Shown here: piece after piece, positions 1-11,282 of the stretch | How the letters are laid out: each line of letters begins with the position of its first letter | Numbering within the stretch: position 1 is the stretch's first letter | Source of the DNA: Squalus acanthias | Taxonomy: Eukaryota | Length of the DNA stretch: 60,000 bases | Direction of reading: 5' to 3' | Assembly (NCBI GenBank): GCA_030390025.1 | Contig: CM059431.1 | Span: forward strand, 152,522,001 to 152,582,000 | Made by a program: the position numbers and the translations under genes | Notes under the pieces: generated by a model | What the model saw: only the letters and a program-made list of their open reading frames with translations | Databases searched by the model: none | Told to the model about the DNA's origin: nothing

Positions 1-610
1 GACTGGGGGGGGGGGGGTGGGGGCGCTATTTAAAGGGGGCCTCTTCCTGTCTTTTATTGTTGGTGGCATTTTTGAACTATGCATTCTGAGAGAGAGAGGG
101 AGAGACTTCTGGAGAGATTCAACGTTGTGTGAAGGAGTTTTGGGTACTGAGCAGCATTTTGCAGGTTCATTTTGATTTGCCATTCCTTGTATCCATTTAG
201 CAGAGACTGTGGGAGCTGCACTCTGAGCTCTTTGCCTGGTACTCCCCATTGTTCTTTCCAGCACATTTGATGTGCAAGTCTCTCCAGGCCGAGATTCAAG
301 GCTGCAATGAACAGGATGTGGATGGAAAGCAAGATTAACCATCCCCTTTAAGAACTGGCCCGTGCCACTGTGTGTGTGTTCCATTGCTGACTGACATTAC
401 ATGAGCTTCGCCAGCGCTCTGAGTTAGCGCCTCACTCCTTGGCCTTTGCGCCTTAAGACAGGTGTGCAGCGCCTGATTTAGCGCTCCACTCACCTCCCGG
501 GGCGGTAAAAGTGAAGTTTCCAGTCAGTGCCGATAATTAGCGCCAGGCGCTAATATTTGCGTCCAGACGATATTTGCGCCCCAAATGGGGCGTGACCTAG
601 TTTTTCCCCC
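1..610 (+). mobile_element. Non-autonomous Harbinger derivative (internal deletion); left end lies outside the window
   Basis: 1-220 aligns to ~910-1148 and ~225-610 aligns to ~4456-4839 of the adjacent autonomous element. Ends in the same right TIR (TTTTTCCCCC). Confidence 0.9.
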
Positions 611-1133
611 CATGACTCTATGGGGTAAAAATTCAGTTGGTTGCGCCTCCCGTTAGCGCCTTAAGAGGGCGCTAATGGGGCGCAAAGCCGCTAACGCCCG
701 GGTGCAGCGATGTTTGCGCCGCTCGGGAACTTAACTAGAGATTGTGCGGCGGCTTTAAAACTTACCGCTGCGACCACCTGCGCGCGCAGATTGTGACGTC
801 ATTCCATGGTGCAACGCCCTTGTGGTGCCCCGGAGCGGAAATTGAGTGGCACCCCCTGCCTTACCGCATGGCGCATCCAACGACCGGAAGACTGGAACGC
901 TATCAATCGCTGTGGGGCTGGGGGGGGGCGCTATTTAAAGGGGGCCTCTTCCTGTCTTTTTCTGTGGTCGACATTTTTGCACCACTCGTTCTGAGAGAGA
1001 GAGAGAGATTCGGAGAGAGAGAAAGAGAGACTTCTGCATTGACTCAACGCTTTGTGAGGTAGTTTCGCCTACTGATCCTAACTTCGCTGGTACTTTAGTT
1101 GCTGTCCTTCATTACTTTGCTTGCAAAGAGAAT

Positions 1134-2294
1134 ATGGGGGCTGCACTGATTGGGGGCGTCGTCCTGCACCAGCTGAATCGGAGGATACAGAGACGCAGAG
1201 AGAGAGTGGCAATGATGGCCAGACGGAGGAGGGCCAACAGGCGTATGTACAGGAGAGCTTACCCACCCAGGGTATATCGTGAACAGCTCTCCTACATTCA
1301 TATGTCTGAGGAGCTGTGTTTGCGAAGGCTGCGATTCAGCAAGGAGGTGGTCACTGAGCTCTGCCACCTGCTGCAGCCAGATCTGCAGCCTTAACTGAGG
1401 TCCAGGACGTCTCTGTCGGTGGCAGTGAATGTCACAGTGGCTCTCAACTTTTACGCTACTGGCTCATTTCAAGCTGCTGCTGGGGACCTCGCCAATATCT
1501 CCCAGTTCGCGGTGCATTGCTGCATCCGGCAGGTCACAAATGCCCTCTTTAAAAGGAGACGAGAGTTCATCTCTTTCCCCATGACCCCAGACAAGCAGCG
1601 TGACCGCGCTCTGGGCTTTGCGAGGATACCGGGCTTCCCCATGGTGCAGGGCGCCATTGACTGCACGCATGTGGCTTTGCGTGCTCCGCATGAGAATGCC
1701 GAGGAATTCCAGAACAGAAAGGGGTTCCATTCCTTGAATGTTCAGTTGGTCTGTGACCACAGACAGCTGATACTCGCTGTCAATGCCCACTATCCTGGCA
1801 GCTGCCACGATGCTTTTATCCTGCGCCAGACTACTGTGGCAGAACTTTTCGAGGCACCGCATCAGCCAGCTGGTTGGCTTCTCGGGGACAAGGGGTATGC
1901 ATTGAGCACCTGGCTGATGACACCGCTCCGTACGCCCAACACCCCTGCTGAGCTGCGGTACAATGAGAGCCATCAAGCTACCAGGAACATAATTGAGCGC
2001 ACAATCGGCGTGCTGAAGCAACGGTTCCGCTGTCTCGACCATTCTGGAGGAGCCCTGCAGTACTCGCCTGAGCGAGTATCCAACTTCGTAGACGTGTGCT
2101 GCATGTTGCATAACATGGCAATCCTCAGGACCCAGCCAATGCCACCAGGACTTGGAGCACCACCAGAGGAGGAGGAGGAAGAGGAGGAAGAGGACGAGGA
2201 GGATGATCATCAGCAGCACCAAGGCGGGAGGGCGGCCCACAATGGTGAAACTGCAAGGGCCGTCCGTCAACGGCTAATAGCAAGCCGCTTCTAG
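1134..2294 (+). pseudogene. Harbinger (HARBI1-like, DDE_Tnp_4) transposase, 386 codons, with one in-frame TAA at 1392-1394
   Basis: ORFs 1134-1394 and 1419-2294 share a frame. Motifs GAIDCTH, RKGFHSLNVQLVCD, YPGSCHDAFIL, LLGDKGY, IERTIGVLKQRFRCL; acidic C-terminal tail. Confidence 0.93.
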
Positions 2295-2606
2295 GGCCCC
2301 TGCTGTGGAAATGGCTTCTGCCATTGCTAACAACATTAATGAACCCAGCACGCAACCCCTAAGCCGGCCAAGGCACCAATAATTCCAACCACCAACCATG
2401 TATATTTTGAATGCAGAAACTTATTTATTTTACAAACTCTGTGTGTGTCAATTCCTCATGACAAACTCATAGAAATAAACACAAAAAATCAGTCAATAAC
2501 ATAACTGGTTCTCACAACCTGGAGATAATGTCCAAAACACTAAACAAAAGTTGGACCATGAACCTCGACCTTCAATAAAAAAATGACCAGCATTTTGTCA
2601 CACCTC

Positions 2607-4480
2607 CTACTTTTTGCCCTTCGAGGGTGATCTCCTTCCCTTGCGCACTTCCCCCCTTCTAACCCTACTGCTCCTCCGTAATGGGACCTCAGTGGCTGCA
2701 GCAAGGCTGGTGGAAGGATGCTGCTTGTCAGACCCTGACACTGCAGATGCCCCTGAAGGACGGCCTCGACCAGTTCTGGGCCTGGAGGGCCCGGCTGCAG
2801 ACTGCACCAACTCTGCATGGGCGGCAGCAGTCTGTCCTACAGGCGGTGGCAAGTGCAGTGGAGAAGTGACAGTGTTGGCAGCAGGAATGCTGTCATCGTG
2901 AGAGAGGAAAGCAACTCCCTGCTCGCCCGACACACTGGCACTCCCACGGGGCAGCACTTCAGCATCCGGAGCAATCTGCTGGAGAACAGATTGCTGGCCT
3001 GCTGCGGCGCGGTGACAGCCCCGGGGACATGTGCACGAACCATCGAGGTTGGCAGCAGTCTGTGCTCGCGTGGCCTCAATCTGAGACTGCATGAGAGCAG
3101 TCAGAGATGGGATCACGGCAGCCAGTGACTGAATTGCAGCACTAAGCGTTAGTGTGGCATCCGCCTGTGCTACAGCGAAGTGCTCCACACTCCTTGCCAG
3201 TGACTCAATGCATTCGGGCAACCTTCCCACTGCACGCATGAGATCAGTGTGCATGCCCACCGCCTGGGTGTTCATTTCTGCGATCAGCCGCTCCTCCTCT
3301 GCGTCCATTGCAGGAGGAGTGTCTGGCATTCTCTCCCTCTGGGGAGAAGGCCCCCGTTCTTCCCTACCCCCATGGCGTTGCTGCAGCCCACTGGGTCCTG
3401 GAGCTTCACCCTCATCAGACCCTTACCCCCTGCTCCCCTCCAGGGAAGGCGTGTTCCCAGTGTGGGCATGGGCTTCCTCGGGAGAGGGTGGCACTGATGC
3501 TCCGGCTTCCTCTTCCTCCTCGGCTGCAGCATCACTCCCAGTGGCAGCTTCAGGGCCCGTCTCCTCAGCTGGTGAATCACCATCTGAAAGCAGGGAGGTA
3601 CAAGAGTGGCTTTAGCGTGAGGACAGGGTGGCAGTAAGGGAGGAATAAGTGCAGCGAGTTAGCAAGTTGGATTGAAAGTGTCAAAGGCTGGTGTTGTGAG
3701 GGACAAGTGGAAGGACAGAGGACAAAAAGGTGATGACCTTACCATTGCTGTCCAGAACGGGGTCGGCGTCTCCAGTGGCGACGGGACCGATCACCCGGCT
3801 TGCCACAATCCTGTGGATGCGCTCCTCAAGATCGCTGAGGGGTTGCAGCTGAGGCCGCCCTCCACCTGTCCATTGCTGCTGTCTCCGATTATGCGCCAGC
3901 TTGGCCTGTAAGAAAAAGGACAGCATCTGAGTAAATATACAGCCATGGTCTTGCCTGATGTGCCTCCCATAGGTGAATAGCCCTTACTGTATGCAGCCAT
4001 GGGCTTGCCTGATGTGCCTCCCATAGGTGAATAGCCCTTACTGTATGCAGCCATGGTCTTGCCTGATGTGCCTCCCATAGGTGAATAGCCCTTACTGTAT
4101 GCAAAGTGTGGAATGTGTGTGTGTGTTTCATGAAAGGGCCATAGGTGTTGGATGAGTGTTGTGCATTGGGGTTTTAAGACCCTCTGGCCATAGAGTGAGG
4201 TTGAGATGGAGGGATGGAGAGGTATTGAGAAAAAGCCACTCACCCTGACGACCCGAGTGAGGTCGTTGAACTTTTTGTGGCATTGAGTATGGGTCCTGGG
4301 CACCATGCTCCTGGAGGAGACGCTCTGAGCCACCTCCCTCCACACTCTTCTGTACTCGCGTGGCAAAGGCCTCCTGCCACTCTCAGGGAAGAGTATACAT
4401 CTTCTGCGCTCCACCGCGCCAACCAGAGCATCCAAGGCCCGCTCGGTGAAGCGATGAGCTCGTTCTCTCACCCTCTCCAT
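2607..4480 (-). pseudogene. Harbinger Myb/SANT-like DNA-binding protein; exons 4480-4244, 3905-3743 and 3583-2607 (~458 aa), one in-frame TAA at 3423-3425
   Basis: Exon 1 has the trihelix pattern RFTERALDALV...VWREVA...RTHTQCHKKFNDL; exon 2 has the TGGG motif. GTGAGT and GTAAGG donors, pyrimidine-CAG acceptors. Phases 0 and 1 join into one frame (1377 nt) ending in a basic NLS-like tail. Confidence 0.85.
3940..4103. repeat. 3 x 54-bp tandem repeat in intron 1 of the Myb gene
   Basis: CAGCCATGGTCTTGCCTGATGTGCCTCCCATAGGTGAATAGCCCTTACTGTATG at ~3940, 3994 and 4048; near-identical copies. Confidence 0.95.
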
Positions 4481-5476
4481 CCTTGGCAGCAAAATGGATT
4501 CACAGGTCTCTCCAGGCCGAGATTCAAGGCTGCAATGAGCAGGGTGTGGCTGGGGAGCAAGTTGCCCCCCCCCGCTTTAAGAAGTGGCCGGCGCCAGTGT
4601 GTCTGTGTTCCCTCGCTAACTGGCAGCAGCTGCGCTGCGCTCGCGCGCTGAGTTAGCGCCTCACTGCTCGGCCTTTGCGCCTTAAGACAGGTGTGCAGCA
4701 CCTGATTTAGCGCTCCACTCACCTCCCGGGGCGGTAAAAGTGAAGTTTCCAGTCAGTGCCGATAATTAGCGCCAGGCGCTAATATTTGCGTCCAGACGAT
4801 ATTTGCGCCCCAAATGGGGCGCGACCTAATTTTTCCCCCTATGGCTCTATCTGGTCGGGTCCCATTCCCCCGAAGTGATTCATGAGCAGGAGGGATTAGA
4901 GTTTCTTTAAAAGAATGAAACGAAAATCACTTTGATGTGAGGCCGGTGTGGCACAGTTGGGTTTCGGCGGCTTTTAGATATTTTGAGTCTCTTTCTTTGG
5001 GAAATGTTCTCAAACTTTCCAAATTAAACTGAAGTCTTTTATTCGCCACTGAAGGGTTGGGTTTGAATAGAGAGAGACATCAAGGATGAAATCTATTTCT
5101 ATTGGCTGTATTTAGCTGTTATTTCTCTGTCTCCTTCTGCCCCTTTCACTGGTTTTTGTCTATCTCGGTGCCGGGTGAACATTTGATTTGATGCATTTGT
5201 CCTGAACTAATGCCTTTTACACATCTCGGGGCGGTCAGACACGCTCTGTCTGTCTGTTACTGCTTGTGACCATTAACGGGAACAGGCCGCGAGTTAAACG
5301 TTGATCAGCAAACCGAAGAAAGACAAATAAACAGAAAGATGTGTTGCTCCGCCCAGTGCAAAGGTGAAATGGATGTTATTGAAAATAATTTCCCCCGAAC
5401 AGTTTGTGTAGAGTTTTTGTAAAGTCTGGATTTTCAAAGTCAGGTGAAACCGAAAAGGTAAGAAATAAACTGCTGA

Positions 5477-5552
5477 TGACCCGTCCAGGGATTAAACTCG
5501 TGCCCTTAGCGATATTAGCACCACGCTCTCAATAACTGTGAGAAAAGCTGCC
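5477..5552 (-). pseudogene. tRNA-Ile(AAT) pseudogene
   Basis: Minus strand reads ...AGAGCGTGGTGCTAATATCGCTAAGGGCACGAGTTTAATCCCTGGACGGGTCA, matching vertebrate tRNA-Ile-AAT. The 5' end and B box are degraded. Confidence 0.8.
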
Positions 5553-6445
5553 CGGGTTGTTCGAGCCCCGCGCTGGGCGGTTTGTGTTTTACTTCTCACA
5601 GTGGGTCACAGAGTTATTGTACAGACAATGAACACACCTTAAAAATTATTCTGATATAAAATAATCACTGTTCGATAAAAACCGAGAGTGTAAATCGAAA
5701 GTAACAGAAAAAGAGCACTTAATTGTGAAAAGAATGATTGCACCAACAGTGAAGGGGAATCTGCCGGCCTCCGTCATTCTAATCCTGTGACTGTGGGAGT
5801 TTGGTTCGGGCAGAGGTTTGATTGTGACGACACGAACACCCCTCCCCCGCCCCACCCCCCGCCCACACCATCCATGTTAAACCTGAAAAGTGTCTGGCAA
5901 AAATTCGGAACAGGCGGGGAGGAAGTAACCCTTCGGAGAGGTTTGTGTTTCTGAATCCCTAACCATTTTGGCTCTTTTTGACATGTCCCCATTCAATGTA
6001 CAGACCCTCTCCTCAGTCTGCCCCTCGAGACCCGTCACCTCACATTTCTCTCCAGCTCATTTCAAAACATGTTTTACACACCCCTCCAGGATTGTCCTGG
6101 AGTCCCCAATACTGTGTCAATTGTAGCACTTTCTGAAATATTACACGTGTCATGTGTTAGTCAGGAGTACAGAGGGGAATTAGACAGATCAAGCATCGCT
6201 GAGCCTGTGCTGTAGTGAAACAGGGGTTCGTTTCATGAAATAGTGCTACAACTTTCGAAATAGAGGGAGCTTATACAAACCTGATGGGTTCCACCGAAAC
6301 AAGAGTGTTTGAGGTATTGGCAGGCAGGACATATAGAATGTGGCTAGTGTTTACATAGAAACATAGAAAATAGGTACAGGAGTAGACCATTCGGTCCTTC
6401 GAGCCTGCACCGCCATTCAATGCGTTCATGGCTGAACATGCTACC

Positions 6446-9381
6446 TCAGTACCCCATTCCTGCTTTCTCGCCATACCCCTTGATCCCCCTAGTTGTGAGT
6501 GTTATATCTAACTCCCTTTTGAATATATTTAGCGAACTGGCCTCAACAACCTTCTGTGGAAGAGAATTCCATAGATTCACCACTCTCTGGGTGAAGAAGT
6601 TCCTCCTCAGCTCAGTCTTAAATGGCTTCCCCTTAATCCTTAGACTGTGACCCCTGGTTCTAGTTTTCCCTAACATTGGGAACATTCTGCCCGCATCTAA
6701 TTTGTCTAAACCAGTCAGGATTTTAAATGTCTCTATAAGATCCCCCCTCATTCTTCTGAACTCCAGAGGATACAAGTTCAGTTGACCCAATCTTTCTTGA
6801 TATGTCATTCCGGCCATCCCAGGAATCAATCTAGTGAACCTTCGCTGCACTCCCTCAATAGCAAGAATGTCCTTCCTTAAGTTAGGAGACCAAAACTGCG
6901 CACAATACTCCAGGTGTGGCCTCACCAAGGCCCTGTACAACTGCAGCATCACCTCCCTACTCCTGTACTCAAATCCCCTTACTATGAAGGCCATCATTCC
7001 GTTTGCTTTCTTGACTGCCTGCTGCACTTGCATTCCCACCTTCAGTGACTGATGTACCATGACGCCCAGGTCTCGTTGCACCTCCCCTTTCCCTAATGTG
7101 CCACCATTCAGGTAATAGTCCGCCTCTCTATTTTTACACCAAAGTGGATAACCTCACATTTATCCACATTGTACTTCATCTGCCATACATTTGCCCATTC
7201 ACCCAACCTGTCCAAGTCACTCTGTAGCCTTCTAGCATCCTCCTCATTGTTCACACTGCCTCCCAATTTAGTGTCATCCGCAAATTTGGAGATATTACAT
7301 TTAATCCCTTCGTCCAAATCATTAATATATAATGTAAACAGCTGGGGCCCCAGCACCGAACCCTACGGTACCCCGCTGGTCACTGCCTGCCATTCTGAAA
7401 AGTACCCATTTACTCCTACTCTTTGTTTCCTGTGTGCCAACCAGTTCTCAATCCACGTCAACACATTACCCCCAATCCCATGTGCTTTAACTTTGCTCAC
7501 CAATCTCTTGTGTGGGACCTTGTCGAAGGCCTTCTGAAAGTCCAAATACACCACATCTACTGGTTCCCCCCTGTCCACCCTATTGGAAACATCCTCAAAA
7601 AATTCCGGAAGATTTGTCAAGCATGATTTCCCTTTCACAAATCCATGCTGACTTGGACCTATCATGTCGCCACTTTCCAAATGGACTGTTATGACATCTT
7701 TAATAATTGCTTCCATCATTTTACCCACGACCGATGTCAGGCTGACCGATCTATAATTCCCTGCTTTCTCCCTCCCTCCTTTTTTAAAAAGAGGGGTTAC
7801 ATTGGCCACCCCCCACTCCATCGGAACTGATCCAGAGTCTAAGGAATGTTGGAAAATGATCGTCAATGCATCCATTATTTCCAAGGCCACCTCCTTAAGT
7901 ACTCTGGGATGCAGACCATCAGGCCCCGGGGATTTTTCAGCCTTCAGTCCCATCAATTTCCCCAATACCTTTTCCCGACTAATAAGGGTTTCCCTCAGCT
8001 CCTCCCTCTTACCAGATCCTCAGACCCCTTTTATTTACGGCTGGTTGTGTGTGTCCTCCACAGTAAACACCGAACCAAAGTACTTGTTCAATTGATCTGC
8101 CATTTCCTTGTTCCCCATTACGACTTCCCCTGTTTCGGACTGCAGGGGACCTACGTTTGTTTTTACTAACCTCTTTCTTTTTACATATTTATAGAAGCTT
8201 TTGCAGTCCATTTTAATGTTCTCTGCAAGCTTCCTTTCATATTTTATTTTCCCTGCCCTAATCAAACCCTTCGTCCTCCTCTGCTGAGTTTTGAAGTTCT
8301 CCCAGTCCCCGGGTTTGCTGCTACTTCTGGCCAATTTGTATGCAACTTCCTTGGTTTTAATACTATCCCTGATTTCCCTTGTTAGCCATGGTTGAGCCAC
8401 CTTCCCTTTTTTATTTTTACGCCAGACCGGGATGTACAATTGTTGTAGTTCATCCATGCGATCTCTAAATGTCTGCCATTCCCCTTCCACTGATAGCCCC
8501 TTAAATATCGCTTGCCAATTTAACCTCACCAATTCACGCCTCATACCGTCAAAGTTGCCCTTATTTAAGTTCTGGACCATGGTCTCTGACTTAACTGTTT
8601 CCTTCTCCATCCTAATGTAGAACTCCACCATACGATGGTCACTCTTACCCAGGGGGCCTCGTACCACAAGATTGCTGATTAGTCCTTCCTCATTACACAA
8701 CACCCAGTCCAGGATGGCCTCCCCTCGAGTTGGTTCCTCAACATATTGGTTTAGGAAACCATCCCTTAAACACTCCAGGAAATCCTCCTCCACCGTATTG
8801 CTTCGAGTTTGATTAGCCCAATCTATATGCATATTAAAGTCACCCATGATAACTGCCGTGCCTTTTTTGCACGCACCTCTGATTTCCTGTTTCATACCCT
8901 CCCCCACCTCACTACTACTGTTTGGAGGTCTGTACACAACTCCCACTAACGTTTTCTGCCCTTTGGTGTTCTGCAGCTCAACCCATATTGATTCCACAGC
9001 CTCCAAGCTGATGTCCTTCCTAGCTATTGCATTAACCTCCTCTTTAACCAGCAATGCTACCCCTCCCCCTTTTCCTTTTATTCTATCCTTCCTGAATGTT
9101 GAATACCCCTGGATGTTCAGTTCCCAGCCTTGATTGTTCTGGAGCCACGTCTCTGTAATCCCAATCACATCGTATCCGTTAACATCTATTTGCACAGTCA
9201 ATTCATCCACCTTATTACGGAAACTCCTTGCATTAAGACACAGAGCCTTTAGGCTTGTTTTATTAACATCCTTTGTCCTTTTAGACTTATGATTTAGTAT
9301 GGCCCTTTGTGTTTCTTGCCTTTGTTTACTCGGCCTTCCCCTATTGTTTCTCACCCTTCTAACATTTGTTTCTGACTGCAT
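6446..9381 (-). pseudogene. CR1 ORF2 (AP endonuclease + reverse transcriptase); two nonsense codons (~8035, ~7363) and a frameshift (~7120)
   Basis: Motifs LNARS, GITETW, MGDFN, SDH, KSPGPDG, QHGF, YLDFQKAFDKVPH, FADDTK, RPHLEYC. Confidence 0.93.
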
Positions 9382-9428
9382 ATTACTTCCCCCTGTTTCG
9401 CTACATAGGTTCCCATTCCCCTGCCATA

Positions 9429-10167
9429 TTAGTTTAAATCCTCCCGAACTGCTTTAGCAAATATTACCCCGAGAACATCGGTTCCAGTCCTGCCCAAGTG
9501 CAGACCGTCCCTTTTGTACAGGTCCCACTTCCCCCAGAACTGGTTCCAATGCCTCAGGAATTTGAATCCCTCCCTCCTGCACCACTGCTCAAGCCACGTA
9601 TTCAATCTCACTATCCTGTTCTCTCTATTCTGATTAGCACGTGGCCCTGGTAGCAATCCAGAGATTACTACGTTAGAGGTCCTACTTTTTAATTTAGCTC
9701 CTAGCTCCCTAAATTCTGCTTGTAGGACCTCTTCCCGCTTTTTACCTATATCGTTGGTACCTACATGCACCCTCCCTCTTCAGAATGTTCTGCAGCCGCT
9801 TCGAGACATCCTTGACCCTTGCACCAGGGAGGCAACATACCATCCTGGAATCTCGTTTGCGGCCACAGAAACTCCTGTCTATTCCCCTTACAATTGAGTC
9901 CCCTATCACTGTAGCCCTACCACTCTTCTTCCCGCCCTGCTGTGCAGCAGAGCCAGCCATGGTGCCATGAACCTGGCTGCTAGTGCCTTCCCCTGGTAGG
10001 CCATCTCCCCCAACAGTATCCAAAGCGGCATACCTGTTTTGGAGGGAGATGACCACAGGGGACTCCTGCACTACCTTCCTGATATTGCCCTGCTTCGTGG
10101 TCACCCATTCACTGTCTGTCCTAGCCTTTACCTGCGGTGTGGACAACTCACTAAATGAGCGATTCAC
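9429..10167 (-). pseudogene. CR1 ORF1 SGNH esterase domain, frameshifted near 9770
   Basis: Motifs GDSIVRG, CCLPGA, HVGTND, DGLHL. Confidence 0.88.
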
Positions 10168-10559
10168 CGAGTTCTAGGCATCGTGCATGCTCCAGAGTGA
10201 GTCCACCCGCAGCTCCAGCACCGCCATAAACTAGATGCGGGGGTGGTTGCTGTAATTCTATGGAGTTCCTTCAAGGAGGTGATTCTGAATGCGTGTACCC
10301 ATGCAAAGCAAAGGTACTGAGCGTCATTACAATCCAGCCTGGTTCAACGGAACTGGTAAACCATTCATCCAGAAGAGAAAAACGGATTTAAGGCCATGAC
10401 GGTAAAGGGCACAGAATTCAGGCGGCTTCAAAACCAGAAGGCAAGACAAGAGTGTCAAAACTGCAAAAGAATGGCGAAGAACAATTTCACATTGAACATG
10501 GCAAGTGAAGAGAAGGTTAATAATAGTGCCAGAGGTAAGTTGTGACATTATTCACAAAA

Positions 10560-10649
10560 TGTTTTAAACGGCTTGCTTACGTTGTGGTCCGCCAAAGCTT
10601 TTGATGACGATGTAGTGGTCCACATAAAGGAAAAGGTTGGGAACCGCTG
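10560..10649. mobile_element. Probable hAT/Charlie-type element terminus
   Basis: AAAAGGTTGGGAACCGCTG (reverse complement CAGCGGTTCCCAAC) followed by TTGTAGAT, resembling the NTCTAGAN target. It interrupts a LINE ORF; the other end was not found. Confidence 0.5.
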
Positions 10650-11280
10650 TTGTAGATAATACACACTGCAGCCACGGTACGCCGGTGGTGGAGGGAGTGA
10701 ATGATTAAGGAGGTGGATGGGGTGCCAATCAAGCGGGCTGCTTTGTCCTGGATAATGTCGAGCTTCTTGAGTGTTGTTGGAGCTGCACTCACCCAGGCAA
10801 GTGGAGAGTACTCCATCACACTCCTTACTTGTGACTTGTAGATGATGGAAAGGCTTTGGGGAGTCAGGAGGTGAGACACTCGCCGCAGAATACCCAGCCC
10901 CTGACCTGCGCTTGTTGCCACAGTATTTATGTGGCTGGTTCAATTAAGTTTCTGGTTAATGGTGACCCCCAGGATGTTGATGGTGGGGATTCGGCGATGG
11001 TAATGCCATTGAATGTGAAGGGGAGGTAGTTTGACTTTCGCTTGTCGGAGATAGTCATTGGCTGCCACTTCCCTGGCGCTAATGTTTCCTGCCACTAATC
11101 AGCCCAAGCCTGAACGTCGTGCAGGTCTTGTTGCATGAGGGCATGGACTGCTTCATTATCTGTGGATTTGTGAACGGCGCTGAACACTGTACAGTCATCA
11201 GCGAACATCCCCATTTCTGACCATAAGTTGGAGGGAATGTCATTGATGAAGCAGCTGAAGAGGTTTGGGCCTAGGACACA
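10650..11280 (-). mobile_element. L2/Crack-like LINE RT C-terminal fragment
   Basis: IYKSQVRSVMEYSPLAW...LDIIQDKAARLIG...SLHHRRTVAA. Confidence 0.8.
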
Positions 11281-11282
11281 GG

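Larger units (their letters stand above)
622..4839 (+). mobile_element. Full-length PIF/Harbinger DNA transposon with convergent transposase and Myb/SANT genes
   Basis: TIRs GGGGTAAAAATT (622) and AATTTTTCCCCC (ends 4839), 11/12 match. 3-bp TSD TAT at 619-621 and 4840-4842. Two-gene layout typical of Harbinger. Confidence 0.95.
6354..10230 (-). mobile_element. Near full-length CR1 LINE
   Basis: (CATAGAAA)n tail at 6354, esterase ORF1, APE+RT ORF2. Confidence 0.95.

Noticed and set aside
1464..2270. 268-aa antisense ORF with a hydrophobic stretch
   Set aside because: Shadow of the transposase; the Leu run is the complement of the Glu/Asp repeat.
1134..2294. Host gene HARBI1 (with NAIF1/MSANTD partner)
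   Set aside because: Enclosed by TIRs and a TSD with derivative copies nearby, so it is a transposon and not the domesticated gene.
3421..3426. GTAAGG as an extra splice donor bypassing the Myb-gene stop
   Set aside because: Nearby acceptors I checked restore the wrong frame, and the sequence past the stop reads on in frame, so a nonsense mutation is simpler.
5151..5640. RSS-like nonamer GGTTTTTGT (5151) and heptamer CACAGTG (5597)
   Set aside because: No heptamer/nonamer pair at 12- or 23-bp spacing and no V, D or J segments.
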